Shown here piece after piece: positions 1 through 13,950 of a DNA stretch of 64,000 nt. The stretch lies in the NCBI RefSeq assembly GCF_006345805.1, contig NC_042999.1, positions 93,248,001 through 93,312,000 on the forward strand, given 5' to 3'. Source of the DNA: Octopus sinensis (lineage: Eukaryota). Both the position numbers and the translations under genes were made by a program. Under the pieces are notes generated by a model. The model was not told where the DNA came from. It did no database searches and saw nothing but the letters and a program-made list of their open reading frames with translations. Numbering within the stretch: the first letter of the stretch is position 1; each line of letters begins with the position of its first letter.

Positions 1-149
1 TAACTAAATTCCTATATTACAAAATATGAATATCATCATTATCATCATTGCATAACAGCAGTCTGTTAGTGATTCTAATACTTTTGTCTGTAGACTATCA
101 AACCACTACTTGTCTCTTCAGATAGTTATTATATATTTTAAGGATCTAG

Positions 150-1450
150 CTATTCCAAGTAGATATGCTGTATGTCGTGTCACTAAGCTGATTTTTATAG
201 TGAATATAGAACCCTATTCTTTGATATTTTCATACATTTTCTCAGTCATCCATTTATAATACGAATTATAGTTATCTTTCTGAACTTCCAAATCATTTAT
301 CAGTTACCTTTTGAAGTCATGAATATATCTCTCACCGCATTATATTTTCCCTTTATTCTGCTGTCGAATGCACCAACTACATTTATTATAGTATTTCTGT
401 AGTACATTTGTATCTAAGTTTCATAGTTCTACGTCCTTATCTCGCTTGCTTTTCATGCCTTATAACACATTCACCTGATCATTTAGTTAACTTTCGTCGG
501 ACGGTGTTTATAGCTCTTGTCAGTATGCTCTAGATTTTTCCTGTTACATAGTTAATAGGGTATAGCTGGTGCATTTCTGTCTGGTTTCAAGAATTTGTGC
601 GGCTTCTGTGTCGGATTCTTACTCTCTTATACTAAAATGAATACCGTTCTACTGTTTTACCATATATTCGATATACTGGAAAGATATCCTCGTCTTCAAT
701 AAGATCACTTGTGTTCGTATGAAAAGTTATTAGAATGCCCTTATGGTACTTTCTGTGGCTTTCTTCATAATTCTTTCTTTTGAGTGGTTCCTAGTCCAAG
801 TTTTCCTAGATAAAGTATTCTTTAAGTAAACTTCCTCTAATTTTCCTCCATTTCGTGATTTCTATTTCCTCTTTTCTCGCCACTCAATTTTCATTCTTTC
901 ATTTTTACAATCCCTACGACTGTTCCCTTTACAGCACAATCTACCCTTCTTAACACTCTTTCATAATCACCACGTTTCATACAGCTTATCAGTATCTCCT
1001 TCTCTGGTGAAACATATTATGTATAGTTTGCAAAATTCATACTTATTTCTATTATTTACTTTTTGAACGTTACAGCTGAAAATGCTTGCACTGAACAAGA
1101 AGACTGATACAACAGGTTAGCTAATAACTGTGACAAATTTCATATTGTTTAGGTGGGACTTTAATATATTCTTTTCTCTTCTTATGCATTCATGTTTTAG
1201 TGTGTCCATAATTCTAACGCCCTTTACATCACAGACTTGTAAATTACCCAGTTTCCTGAAAATCTATTACATATCCTTAATAGTTGGGTACCAGTTTTCC
1301 CCCCTATTTCGGATTTTTAAAAATTCTTCATCCATTCTTACGTACCCCCTGTCAAGTTGCTTTTCATCCTATCAAAATAACTTTAGGTCATCCTTAATGG
1401 ATAAAATGTAGTTGATTTTAATCTTTTCGTAATTTACATCCCACTTTCAC
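150..1450 (-). mobile_element. Decayed R4/Dong-like non-LTR retrotransposon 3' fragment (end of RT to restriction-like endonuclease region)
   Basis: Broken minus-strand frames read INYILSIKDDLKLF (like the RT motif I.HLLYMDDLKLF), KFVTVIS*PVVSVFLFSASI, KATESTI, YRIYGKTVE (zinc-knuckle-like) and LGIARSLK. This is the domain order of R4/Dong LINEs. Many stops; clade call by motif recall only. Confidence 0.55.
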
Positions 1451-2228
1451 GTTTATTAACACGTGGGCTATAATGATAAGGAAGAATTCAAAGAGCAAAA
1501 TCCATCGACTATTCACTCTCACAGAATCATAATATCCCCTTTATTCTTTGCAAATATTCATCCTGGTTTCATCTTTGATGATTCTATATCTTTATCTAAT
1601 ACACGCAGTGATTTCTTATGTCTAAATGATGGTGATAACTAGTAAATAAATTTATAATTTTTCGGAAACGAAGCTTTCAAACTTTTACAAAGTAAAGTAA
1701 TATTTATCTCTAAACAGAAGTTTAATAAGCCAAAAGAAGTGTACCCAACATACCATAAAATATTTTTCAAAGGCGTTGAAATTTCAGGTTTACAAAAGAA
1801 ATACTGGAGTTCATGTTATCGCAGTGGAGTAAATGATATAAGGGAGTCTTATCAAGAAACAGAACGTAGTTTACCGATAATGTATATGGAAGAGGTGCTG
1901 AAGGAACTTCTCAAATACTTTTGAAACTGAAAGCAATAAGTTTTACTAAACATTTGATTTTCGTCTATGTGTCTTCTATTTGATCGCACATATAATCAGG
2001 CACCTGCACACACACATACACAGGTTCATAGATATGCAAGCAGATAAAACTGTCAGAAAGAGTCGCGCACATCACTGTCGTTTAACTGTGTGTATGTATA
2101 AAAATTATGATACAGACATTCATACACACACATGCACATACACACACAGAGAACGTTGGCATATATTCATGAATATCTATAAGTGTGTGTATATAATATA
2201 TGTTTACTTGTTTACATTTTCAGGTTTG

Positions 2229-2249
2229 TATATATATATATATATGTAT

Positions 2250-2315
<66 letters not shown>

Positions 2316-2365
2316 TGTGTGTGTATATATAAATATATGTATATATATATATATATATATGTGTA
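2229..2365. repeat. (TA)n/(TG)n compound microsatellite; representative of many similar tracts (e.g. 5442-5528, 6729-7005, 23990-24155, 25340-25480, 30120-30270, 41777-41827, 46660-46768, 51370-51570, 57410-57605)
   Basis: Directly visible di- and tetranucleotide repeats (TA, TG, TACA, TCTA). Confidence 0.98.
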
Positions 2366-3100
2366 TGTGTATATCGGTGTGGATTGTGCATGTGTGTGTA
2401 CATTATACAACTGGTTGCACTCACATATGTTTTTATGTTTATATATATATATGTTTGTGTATGTGCGGAGGCATAATATAGATGTAATATTTGGGGAGAG
2501 AAGCAAGAGGAGAAATAAAGAGGGTTTTATTTGGTGATTTCATATTGCGTTAAACATGATTTCATAACATTACAAGGTCTCAAATATTGCCAATTGAAAT
2601 CACCATGTCATCACTGGAAATTACTAATGGTGGGCGCAAATGAGCCTGGAGCATGCGTTGCTTAGCGGCTGAAAATCAAATAGCCTGTTTTATCATGAAA
2701 GAGAATTGATCCGATTTTGATGCAGGCGAATCTGTAGCGAAACACGAGAATCGTGACATAAAAAGTAGATTAACAAGTTCTTGTCACATTTTCAGTTTTT
2801 ATGATTAAGTTAACTGGAATCTGAATCCCATGGTGCGTACTAAATTATCGATTACTAATTTTGTCTATTTTTTTTTTACATGTTCTTTAGGAAGCATGCA
2901 GTTATTTTGTTTCACAACTATCACCATTCGTTAAATGTAATAATAAGTTGTTTTTGTAATAGTGACTTAGTACTGCTTGAGCGGATTGCTGAACGCATTC
3001 CTTCCTTATATGACCATCCTGCCGTTTTGAAAATGTTTGGTTAAAGTTTCAAAGTGTCATTGGATTCATTGGTTTCCTTCTTTCCTTCATTGCCAGATTA

Positions 3101-3670
3101 TACTGGGTTTTCTGGAAAGTTCGAACCGATTTTTAAAGGAAAGAAAAAGGTCAATAAATACTTGCCATTACATTTTTAATCAACCAAATATGAACTATTT
3201 TGTTGCACAATGCGTCTCCATATTTCCTTTTACTTGAAAATACCCTCTTCCCAGAAAATACTATCTTCCCATTCTCAATTAATGACTTGATTTGGTCACC
3301 ATCTGTAGTGGATGGTATGCTTGATCGCTCTTTATCAATATGGCTACAATCTCCAGCTCGGAACCTTGCGAACCACTTCCGTACAGTTCTTTCTGTGCAT
3401 ATTTCTTTGGTTGCTTCTGAGACAGTTTTCCCTTTACGGAAAAAGAAAAGCATCAAGTGCCGAAAATGAGCTTTCTTATCTTCCATTTTAAAGGGTTACA
3501 GAATTAACACAGGTCATAGAAACATAAACCTTCTTCCATGAAAAGATAGCTTAAACTGTACGCTAAATGGAGATGTAGTCAAATCCTATTTTATGGACTC
3601 AACTATGTTCTAAAATAAGTCGAAAGGTAAGCTACTATAAATCGGCACGAACTTTCCGGACAACCCAACA
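3101..3670 (-). mobile_element. Internally deleted mariner element with both TIRs
   Basis: TIRs at 3101-3132 and 3639-3670 match at 26/32 as reverse complements. ORF 3151-3486 (-) MEDKKAHFRHLMLFFFRKGK...ERTVRKWFARFRAGD...PSTTDGDQIKSLIEN is a mariner transposase HTH N-terminus. The catalytic domain is missing. Confidence 0.9.
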
Positions 3671-5444
3671 CAAAGCTGAGCGAATCCAGAATGACACAAG
3701 ATTCTGTTGTAATACTCAGGTATAAATCCAAGCCACAAATTCAGGACTACAATATTTAATGTGATTTGTTTTAAAGGATTTAGCGTTTACTTTCATGCAG
3801 TTTCAGCTGCCCCATAAAGATGAGAGCACACTGATCTTCTAAGATTCTTGCTGACAGTTCGATTAAATATAATCTCCCTTGTTTGAGAGAGAGAGAGGGG
3901 GGGAGAGACTGGCCAGTGTGTGGGTGATTGTATGCACTTGCAAGTATGTGTTATAGCTGCTCAATATTTAGCCCAAAGTAAACCACCATAGAATGAAGAG
4001 ATAATTAAGAGAATGACTGCATAAATTGTCTAATATACCCTAAACGATATTCCCATATATATTGCAGTTTATAGATTAGAAAGGTATTAAAAGAAGATCT
4101 AGTGATAAAGTAGAGCTTCTTTCGCTGGATTTGATATCTTGATTTTTAGTGTCAGAATTAATAAATATATTTGTCTTTCTTAGCAGATTGACTGCATAGA
4201 GACATTCATAATGCTGGTAAAACATATAAGTTAATTAGCAAAGGTTCATTCCATCAAGTAAAACTATCAAAGTGTCACTACTTTATGCTGCTAAATAGAA
4301 GGCATCTTCCAGTCTGATTACATTTCAGAACTAAAGATTTTTCGCGATTTCTCTACTTTTGCTCTCTAACGTATATTATAGGTTTATAATGTTTAGGAAA
4401 TTGGGTATCGGAGGATTCAAAGCTTATTACTTTCAGATGGAGTTTCAACGTTGGAAAGAGTAAGCTTGGGAAAGAAAAACAGTAAGCTGTTGTTTATCCC
4501 CAGTCGCACTTAAAAACAAAGACACTGAAGCGATATCTCCATTATTTTCTATTATTATTACTGCTATATTTTTACTGTATATAGAAGCACATTTATAGGT
4601 ATAAATCTAAGTTTAGAAATTAGTGATATCTAAAACCATTATTTGAACATTTCAATATGTTACATCTGTTTTGTAAAGTATAAAAGACTCAAAACGTGTA
4701 TATTAAAATAAATATCTTCACATGAGTCGCCAGCGTATATCATGCAAACCAGTTGGCTACGATACATATCGGGATGTCCATCCAGCGTAATGGATTTCGT
4801 AGATTCCCTCAAAATTCCATCAGAACAATGCATAATATTAATGTACAGTATTGTTATCGGTTGTTTGCGACGAGGAAATCTCCACAACTCAGTGATGAGA
4901 TAAAACACTTACATACAGATACAATCCACTCTGAAAATGTTGCTTTTTTCCTCACCTAATTAAGTTTGGAAAACTTGGCTCGACACAGGAAATAAGAGTG
5001 TAATGTACATAGTGGGATTGAAGACAGTGGCTCTCTATTGAGGTGCGAACATATTAACCACTTCGCCGTTCGCAGAACTTATATATACACACATACAAGT
5101 ATGGACATACGCCCCAAACACACAGTCCACACACACACGAATAGCAAGAAAACTTATAAATACAAACTATAGAAACTGCAAGACAAAACAAAGCTCACTA
5201 CTATACACAAATATATGAAATGTTTTCTGTTTTTTTTTTTAATTTCTATTTGACTGCAAAATTCTAAGTACATAGACTGAAGTGTAAATCGATTTTAAAT
5301 TTGTAATAAATGCAATAATGACCCAACAATAAGCAAAATAAAAATAGCCAATTACCAGAGGACGACACAATTATACTGTGATTGAAACTGATAACAGAGG
5401 AGAGAGACTTGAGACTTTGTTTCTACACACATTTGATCGAATAT

Positions 5445-5528
<84 letters not shown>

Positions 5529-6060
5529 GACAGCTTCTGACAGTGCAAAAAGTTTAAATAAAGACTTTATATTTCAAGCACATTGGGCCATGTTCAGAAA
5601 AACAAATATACAGTCTAAGAATTTAAGAAAAGTCCAGTTATGCAGGTTCCGTTAACCCATTCACAGTCCCTAGCATTTATGTAACTTCAGCAGGCACTCT
5701 CCAAACTTATGTGTAATCGACGTCCCACGCGTTAGTGTAAACAAACACCCACCTGATGCTATACCCTACTCACCACTTGTGGTGTGACGGCGTTATATCA
5801 GTAGTAGTAGTGGCACTCACCCATTAAGTGCTGTCATCTGTTCGAGTTTTGGTGTATCACATCTAGGCTACTGTTGTAGGCCATTCACCATCTGTTAGAT
5901 TCTGCCATAGGAGCTACCGGCTCAACTCCCATCGACTGTCAGTTTTCTGGTAGTATGGAGACGTCTAACTCCCTAGTGGTGTTGCCATACCTGGTCTGGT
6001 GTTTTCGGAAGGAGGACGAGTTGGTGGTGAAAGTCTCCTTCATTCGGATAGGTGTGTGTT

Positions 6061-6096
<36 letters not shown>

Positions 6097-6455
6097 CGTG
6101 CGCGCGCGCGTTTGTGTGAGTGCGAGAGAGGAGTTAGGATTTTAATATCTCCTCAGCGGAATACTGCACCATATCAACTTCGGTTCTAAATATAACATAA
6201 CACACATTAATCTTGCATGGATATGAAACAAGTAGATTTCTTAAGGTCGTCATATTCAGCTGGCATATATTTACTATTTACTCAAATTCAAAATATATAA
6301 TATATATATACTATAGAGTCTGGGGAGAGTCATTTTCTTTTTGTGCCTTATATGTAACGCACTGACCGGTAAAATTTCCACGTTTTTCATATTTTTATTG
6401 TCCTAAAATTTTCGTTGCGTCTTGCAACCTTTAAACGAGATATATATATATAAAG

Positions 6456-6727
6456 GGGTAAAGACCCCCTTCGGTCATGAATGACCATGGGATTGCACCT
6501 AGAAAGTTACCCTCCTAGACACAAGTCCGGGCAAGGTTGTTTATGGAAGGCCAGCAGTCGCCCATGCATACCAGCCTCCCCTCTCCACGCCACCAGTGTT
6601 ACTCAAGGGAAAGACAAAGGTCGATACAGCTGTCTTCCATAAACAACCTTGCCCGGACTTGTGTCTAGGAGGGTAACTTTCTAGGTGCAATCCCATGGTC
6701 ATTCATGACCGAAGGGGGTCTTTACCC
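6456..6727. repeat. Perfect fold-back palindrome made of a SINE 3' end (94-bp arms, 84-nt spacer)
   Basis: 6456-6549 is the exact reverse complement of 6634-6727; both outer ends abut (TA)n. The spacer resembles the 3' part of the SINE at 11250-11465 (ctctccacgc, gatacagc). Confidence 0.92.
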
Positions 6728-6732
6728 TTATA

Positions 6733-6804
<72 letters not shown>

Positions 6805-6813
6805 TATATATAT

Positions 6814-6876
<63 letters not shown>

Positions 6877-6917
6877 GCATATATGTATGTATGTATATAT
6901 ATATATACATATATATG

Positions 6918-6957
<40 letters not shown>

Positions 6958-7813
6958 CATATACATATATATATATGTACACGTATGTATGTATACATAC
7001 GTACAGACACGTTTGTATTGAACAATGATTTATTTATATTTCATTCCGAAGTTTAAAGTTCAGATCTACAAAGGAAGTCACTCAACTGATACGTTTAAAA
7101 TGAATTGGTAATTTAAAATTTGTTTGATTGATGTATCTCCATGGCATTAATGCCATATAATTAGACAACATTTCACTAAATACTTCAGTAAAATGTAGAT
7201 TTTGAATATGATAATTTAATATTTGTTTCTGAAAAAATATGTTTTATAGTTTTCATTTGTGCACCTATGTATAACATTTCTGGAATAAATATTCTAATGT
7301 ACATCCTGTCATAGATTTAATGAGTACCATATTGCATGTGATCACATGTGATCATGTGAAAATTTTAATTTGTCCAGAAAAAAAAAACAACATAATTGAT
7401 GATAATGTACTTTTTGGTATTCGTTCTATTGAACCAATTAAGCATAAAATTCAACCGTTAGACAGAACTCAAAACCTAATGGAAATATATTACATAGCAT
7501 AGTATATTTAGCCACACTAATTAAGTTTCTACAAGCTCATTGAACTTGATGTTATCGGAATGTCAATTTCTAAGAATGCCATCAGATGTATGAAAAAAAA
7601 ACGGATATAGTCGATTAAGTCGATTCGTGATAGGCATGGTATTTATTTTATTCGTTCCTTGGAAAGAAAAGACGAAAGTCGACTACATCATGTTTTGAAG
7701 TCGCTGTAAAATCTAACATAAACCAACAATACTCTTTCGTTTCAGTATTCTTCCGTTCTGCCACTCTTCAATATCCAAAGCGTTTAAAATAATGTGATTG
7801 AGTGAAATAATAA

Positions 7814-8561
7814 TCTTTTTTACTATAGGCACATGATCTGAAATTTTGGGGGAGGAGTACAGCTGATTACATCGACCTTAGTGCGTAACTGGTACTTAAT
7901 TGATCGGCTCCAGTGGCATTTGAACTCAGAACGTGGAGACAGACGAAATAGACGAAATTCCTATTTCTTTACTACCCACAAGGGGCTAAATACAGAGAGG
8001 ACAAAAAGGACAGACAAACGGATTAAGTCGATTATATCGACTCCAGTGTGTAACTAGTACTTATTTAATCAAGTCCCGAAAGGATGAACGCAAAGTTGAC
8101 CTCGGCGGAATTTGAACTCAGAACGTAAAACAGACGAAATACCTATTTCTTTACTACCCACAAGGGTCTAAACACAGAGAGGACAAACAAGGACAGACAA
8201 ACGGATTAAGTCGATTATATCGACTCCAGTGCGTAAGTGGTACTTATTTAATCGACCCCGAAAGGATGAAAGGCAAAGTCGACCTCGGCGGAATTTGAAC
8301 TCAGAACGTAAAACAGACGAAATACCTATTTCTTTACTACCCACAATGGTCTAAACACAGAGAGGACAAACAAGGAAAGACAAAAGGGTTAAGTCGATTA
8401 TATCGACCCCAGTGCGTAAGTGGTACTTATTTAATCGACCCCGAAAGGATGAAAGGCAAAGTTGACCTCGGAAGAATTTGAACTCAGAATGTAAAGACAG
8501 AAGAAAAATACTGCTAAGCATTTTGCCCGGCGTGCTAACGTTTCTGCTAGCTCGTCGCGTT
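7814..8561 (-). mobile_element. tRNA-derived SINE with four tandem body units
   Basis: gaactcagaa recurs at 7922, 8114, 8297 and 8480 (periods 192, 183, 183). A single tRNA-like head (reverse complement of gcgagctagcagaaacgttagcacgccgggcaaaatgcttagc) lies at the right end only. Confidence 0.88.
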
Positions 8562-8619
8562 TTTGAATAAAATAATAATACATTTCCGGTAATGAAGTTT
8601 TATCTTTTAATATAACACC

Positions 8620-8990
8620 AATACGTCAGCATGCTGGTAGAATTGTTACCACGCTGGACGAAATGCATTTTGTCTGTCTTTGCGTTCTGATTTCAAGTTC
8701 CGCTGAGACCGACTTTACCTTTCATCTTTCAGAGTCGATAAATTAAGCACCATTTGAACACTGGGGTCGATGAAATCGACTTGCCTCCTCCCCCGAAATT
8801 ACTGGCCTTGTACCAACATTTGAAACCAATATAAGATAGTAATTTAAGGTGGTGAGCTAACAGAATCGTTACCGCGCCAGGCAAAATGCTTAGCGGCATT
8901 TTGTCCGTCATTATGCTCTGATTTCTAATACTGCTGCGGTCGACATTTACTTTCATACGTTCGGGGTAGATAATATAATTGCCACTTCAT
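8620..8990 (+). mobile_element. Two diverged tandem copies of the same SINE family, head-to-head with the array at 7814-8561
   Basis: Heads gctggtagaattgtt (about 8632) and ggtgagctaacagaatcgtt (about 8851); body motifs gtcgataaattaag and ctggggtcgat. Confidence 0.75.
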
Positions 8991-11249
8991 TACTGGAATC
9001 GTGTGATCAGCTTCCCCTCCCCCGAAACAATTATAAAACAGTGATCTTTTTTTGAGAAAAGGCATAAATGGTGCATTTTCTCGTTTCCAGTCTCATTAGA
9101 AATATTTGCCCACAAATTTCTTTTTTGCCCTTAAAAATGGAATGTTATGCAAAAGCTATTCTTTGGACACTGAAAAGTCTCTGGACAAAAATGAAACTGG
9201 GGAAACTTGACAATATTTCGCAGTAGATGGTAGTGAATAAAAATATAATCAAAAATATCAAAATAAAACCCCATTTCAGCGAAAAGAATAATCATTTTAA
9301 AAAGCTATTATTATAATTACCTACGCTACTTAGATTAATGATTCTCTTTTGTCTTTTAAAACATAAAATATTTAAGGAAGACATAATTTTTTGCCTAGAT
9401 TTTATATCAATAGTAGAACTTTCATTTCCCTTTGAAGTCTACTTGCAGACATTTGCTACAGTAATTTTATTTTGTTTCTTTTATTTCCTTTTCTTTTAGT
9501 CAAATAACAACAGACTCCATTTGTCCTTTTGTAATTGCTGCCTTGATTAGCTTAAGTTATCCATTATACCAATTAGGTTTTACACAGATAAAGGAGAAGG
9601 AAAAAATACCATATAAATACCTATGAAACTTAAAAGCATTATATACACATTTACACATAGAAATGTGCGCATACACACAAGAAGATGCACAGTTGCATAT
9701 GAACACCGAACACTGCAAGTGACATATGGTACTGATTAAAGCAATTAACGTTATATTAGCTGATCGCTGCTAATCAATAATATTTGATTAATAGGTTCAC
9801 CATTATCAATTTTCCCGTCACTAATTTTGTCAAAGTATACGAAATTATCCTGCGGTTATAATTCTTTGTAGTTATTTCTTATTTCTGCTTCTCTGAGATC
9901 TAGACAGAGCTGTTCAATCTCTTTTATACGATATGAACGATGAGTTATATCATGCACTAAACACACTATTTTTAATTTCATGAAAAATAGATCAGCTTGG
10001 AAATTAATGCAGTTTGTGTAAATGAGAAAGCAGATACCAACGGCTAAATGCATTACATTGTTTAGTTCTGGCTACTGCAATTTTTGGGGTGAAATGCTGT
10101 TGTGGCTGTTTTTATAGTTAAGTTCATTACATTATTCACTTTCTTTGCTCTACAGAATTACCTTGGTTGAATGTAGCTAATGTCGTTATGGATATCCACC
10201 ATAAGAAGTCATTCATAATAACAAAACTGCTGTTAAATTCAGAAATTTCGAACATATTTTACCTTGGGGTATATTTTTCGAGAGGTATTGGCTACAACAG
10301 TCACTCATTATTTTACAAGTTGGCCAAATTACTCTATGACCTACCTTGTGTTTATTATACATATAATGATTTAATTGTTCTAGATAATAATAATTTTGTA
10401 CAGAAAAATAATTGTAACAGTTATTGTGTATATAGTTAATTCCCCGACCAGGTCATTATTACAGTTGACGGATATGATATAAAGTTATTCCTTTCGTAAT
10501 CGCAAAAGAGTTTCAGCTACGATACCACTGATCAGTGATATAGGCTAGTGCATTTATAATATTGAATGGGTTGACCAACATTTCAGTATGAAAAATTACC
10601 CTACAATAACCCAGCGTAAATTTAAAGATAAGGATCTTTAAAGATTCAAACAAAATGCCTTGTGGTCCAGGACTTGTAAGCTATGTATTCAAATCCAGCA
10701 AAAGATGATTATAAAATAAGTATCGTACCAGTACCAGTCCACGTGGTCTCGGATTTGGTCCTCCTGCTCGATACCTTGTTTTTTTTTATTATAGCTCAGA
10801 TTTAGTTAAAAATTGTGCGTGAATGACAATGGGACGTTATGTGGAATCCATTTGAAGTTAATGGCTGTCACATGTACATCAACATTGACCAATTTCTATG
10901 TTAACAATTACCATTCTGAACCACATTGATACTTTAGAAACAAACTGTTTTTGATAACGACGGGCAGAATTTGCATAATTCGGGACACAGTTCCATATCC
11001 TACATACGTTTCAAAAACTTACGTAGAACCGGTCAGGTGTATTCGCATATTTTAAACTATTAATAAGCCCTAATTAATTCTAGTATATTGTCAGTGTGCA
11101 TCCAATTTTATTTTTTCTAATCGTCCACTCATTTAGATTAATATTTTAATTTATATTTATGTACATATGTCTAATATTAAGGTGGTGCTCCGGCATAGCT
11201 GTAGTCAAATGACAGCAACAAAGAAAAGAATACACACATACATACATAT

Positions 11250-11465
11250 GTAGAGGAAGGCGCATTGCTAGTGGTTAGAGCATCGAGTTCGCAATTATGG
11301 GGTAATGAGTTCGATTCCTGGACTGGGCTCTGTGCTGTGCTCTTCAGTACGACACTGAATTTCACATTGCTCCAGTTCACCCAGGTGTAGAAATGAGTTG
11401 CAATGCTACTGGGGGCAAGTTGTATCGGCCTGTTCTTTGGATAACGATTGTGGCGTGGAGAGTTT
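11250..11465 (+). mobile_element. tRNA-derived SINE (second family), 3'-truncated
   Basis: A-box-like tgctagtgg and B-box-like gttcgattcc, followed by ttgctccagttcacccag...tgtatcggcc. Confidence 0.75.
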
Positions 11466-12599
11466 TGCATATTTATACCGGCTCTTTATGTTCTCAGTTA
11501 GTTACCACTCGAGATGAACTTTCTTTTTCATAATTTCATATTGGAGAACAATAATGTGCCAGTTAATAGGGATGATGAATTTTACTGGACCATCCCCTTA
11601 AATATGCCAAAATTTGAAAATATATTGCTATTATGATTATCATTAATATTTTCATATTGCGTTGGTGCATAATTAACGACGCTTTTTTAAATTCTAAAAC
11701 TGTTGGGAATTAAATTATAAAACGGTCGTTAATTATGCACCAACCGAACAATTTAAATGCGTACTAAGAGTACTTGTGATTGTATAATTGTTGTTTGTCT
11801 TACAATTTATACCTAATTTTAAACATCTCTATTCTGAGTAAATAAAATCTTCTGTCCTCTTTAGCACTGATATTCGCTTCTCAATCACTACTCAATCTAA
11901 AATTTATTATTTCTATCCTGTTCCTAACATTATATATTTTTTAACGTGTGTACCTGTGGAAGTCTCGAGATTCACCCTGTAATTCCGCCTAATAAAGTGA
12001 TTTATTATGAACTCTTTTAATGTATCTTGTTTTTGTAAGCCATTAACTTCAAATTAATTATATTTTATTTAGATGCATGTCATACCATGGAAATACGGCA
12101 TTCCTACCAATTCAATGATGACAAATCATTTAAAACTATTTGATGGTTAAAGTATTTTTGAATTTCAGGATGAAAAACACAAGGCAAATAGTGGTAGACA
12201 AAATCTTTCCTTGCCATATTCTTTTTCTTTATCTTAACGGTGAACAATACGATATTTTCAGGAGAATCACAGTTAGTAAAAATGTTCTTATTTGTGTAAC
12301 ACTGTCAGCTCTGCGCCAGCAGAGCTTTCAACAATAAGTGGAATGAGAACCTTTTATCTTGACAACCTAGGCATCAACGCCTGGTGCAGAAGTCACTAGT
12401 AGAAACAAGCCGTTAGAAGTCAGCTAAATACTATATCACATCTTGTATACTCTAGGTGGCAGTGACTTTATGTATGTACGATGTATGTATGTATGCATCT
12501 ATGTATATATGTATGCGTTTATGTATGTATGCATGCATGAATGCATGTATGTATATATGTATGTATGTATGTATGACAGTTAACCATAAAAAATATTGA

Positions 12600-13300
12600 A
12601 AATCATGTTCTAACACACAAGATGCATACGCGAAGTTTTTGAACTTTTCAAGTAAGGCATTTATTAATTTCAAAGAAGTACAAAATTCGGATACCCTTGT
12701 AGAATCCTCTTACTCTTATGCAATTGTAGCGCTTCAGCAATTTCATGAAAGCCCCACTGAAGGTGGATGTATCCAGGACCCTTTTCATAGCTTCCCGCAT
12801 CTTAACCTTCAGCTTGAGGAACAACCAAGTCTCAGAGAACAAGGTCTGGACTGTAGAGGGGGAGAAAAGAGTTTGATGTTCGTCTCTGTCAAGTAATTTG
12901 TAACTAGGATGGAATTGGAGTCCGGTGGATTGGACCCCTGAAAACATGCACAGAAACTTTTTCTTGACTGTTTGGCTAGTAGAAATTCAGTGGTTGTATT
13001 TGATGTTTTTGCTGACGAAAAAGCGATCATCATGAGCTTCCCGAAGACTTATTTTGCCTGGTCTCTTAGCCTGGCGAAAAACAAATGTTCAATTTACACA
13101 AGTTAATCCTTCATCAGTCTATGGTAATAATTTTGTGTAGCATTTTTGCCTAGTTTAAGGCAGATAGTTGCATAGCAAGCTTTCTAATTGTCTTGACGTC
13201 CCGACTGCACTATTCAAACTAGACAGAGGTTACAAGTAGTGTTTAGTAAGGTGTATTCAAAGTGTCATTGCAGCTGTCTCCTTCAATCTGGATCTTATTT
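12600..13300 (-). mobile_element. Decayed, internally deleted mariner transposase
   Basis: Minus-strand fragments YATICLKLGKNATQ (N-terminus), KLMMIAF and FHPSY...WLFLKL...MREAMKRVLDT...FSGAFMKLLKRYNCI (C-terminus after the YSPDL motif). Confidence 0.75.
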
Positions 13301-13898
13301 CATGCATTGTACTGATATACTAAAATTATATTAATCTGAGACACTTATAATTGTCTCACCTAAAAAAAAAAAAACTTAAAAATCTTCTGGAATGATCGCT
13401 AACGAAACACATGTATTGCTAAATATGTATCTCAACCGATAGTTAAAAAGATATTTCAGTACTGCTCATTTGCTGAATCAACTGAAAATATAGTAAAGTC
13501 ATAGCAGTCGTGTAGTTCAAGGAAAAGCACTTTAATGGAAAAAAGAATTTTTTAACGACAGGTTTCAGCAGCAATCATCATTTTGAACGTACCACAATTC
13601 TGTTTAATGCACTGACTAACATGGCAAACAATGAAGAAAAATACTTCAGGAAATGAGAACACGGACTTATTTTTTTATGGAGAGCGTAAACGCGTATTTA
13701 TCTCGAAGAATTCTTGTCCAACAATTTTACATACACTAGAACGAATACAGCTATTCAAAGAATTCTTAGAGAAATGATAAACTTATAGTCTTTTTATTAT
13801 ATACAAATAATATAAAATATTACTTAACATAAACAATAATAATGAAGACACAAATATTGAAACTAATAACAATGATCACAACATTGATAACAAGCATA

Positions 13899-13950
<52 letters not shown>

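Noticed and set aside
1740-1925. Possible mariner 3' fragment
   Set aside because: Only weak similarity (YRSGVNDIRESYQ) and no TIR was found.
1980-2537. Long ORFs rich in YI/HT/CV (also near 6695, 23904, 25307, 37024, 49809, 51210, 57295)
   Set aside because: They are translations of (TA)n, (TG)n, (TACA)n and (TCTA)n microsatellites.
7814-8561. Regularly spaced repeats resembling a CRISPR array
   Set aside because: The units are contiguous 183-bp SINE bodies without unique spacers, there are no cas genes, and the DNA is eukaryotic.
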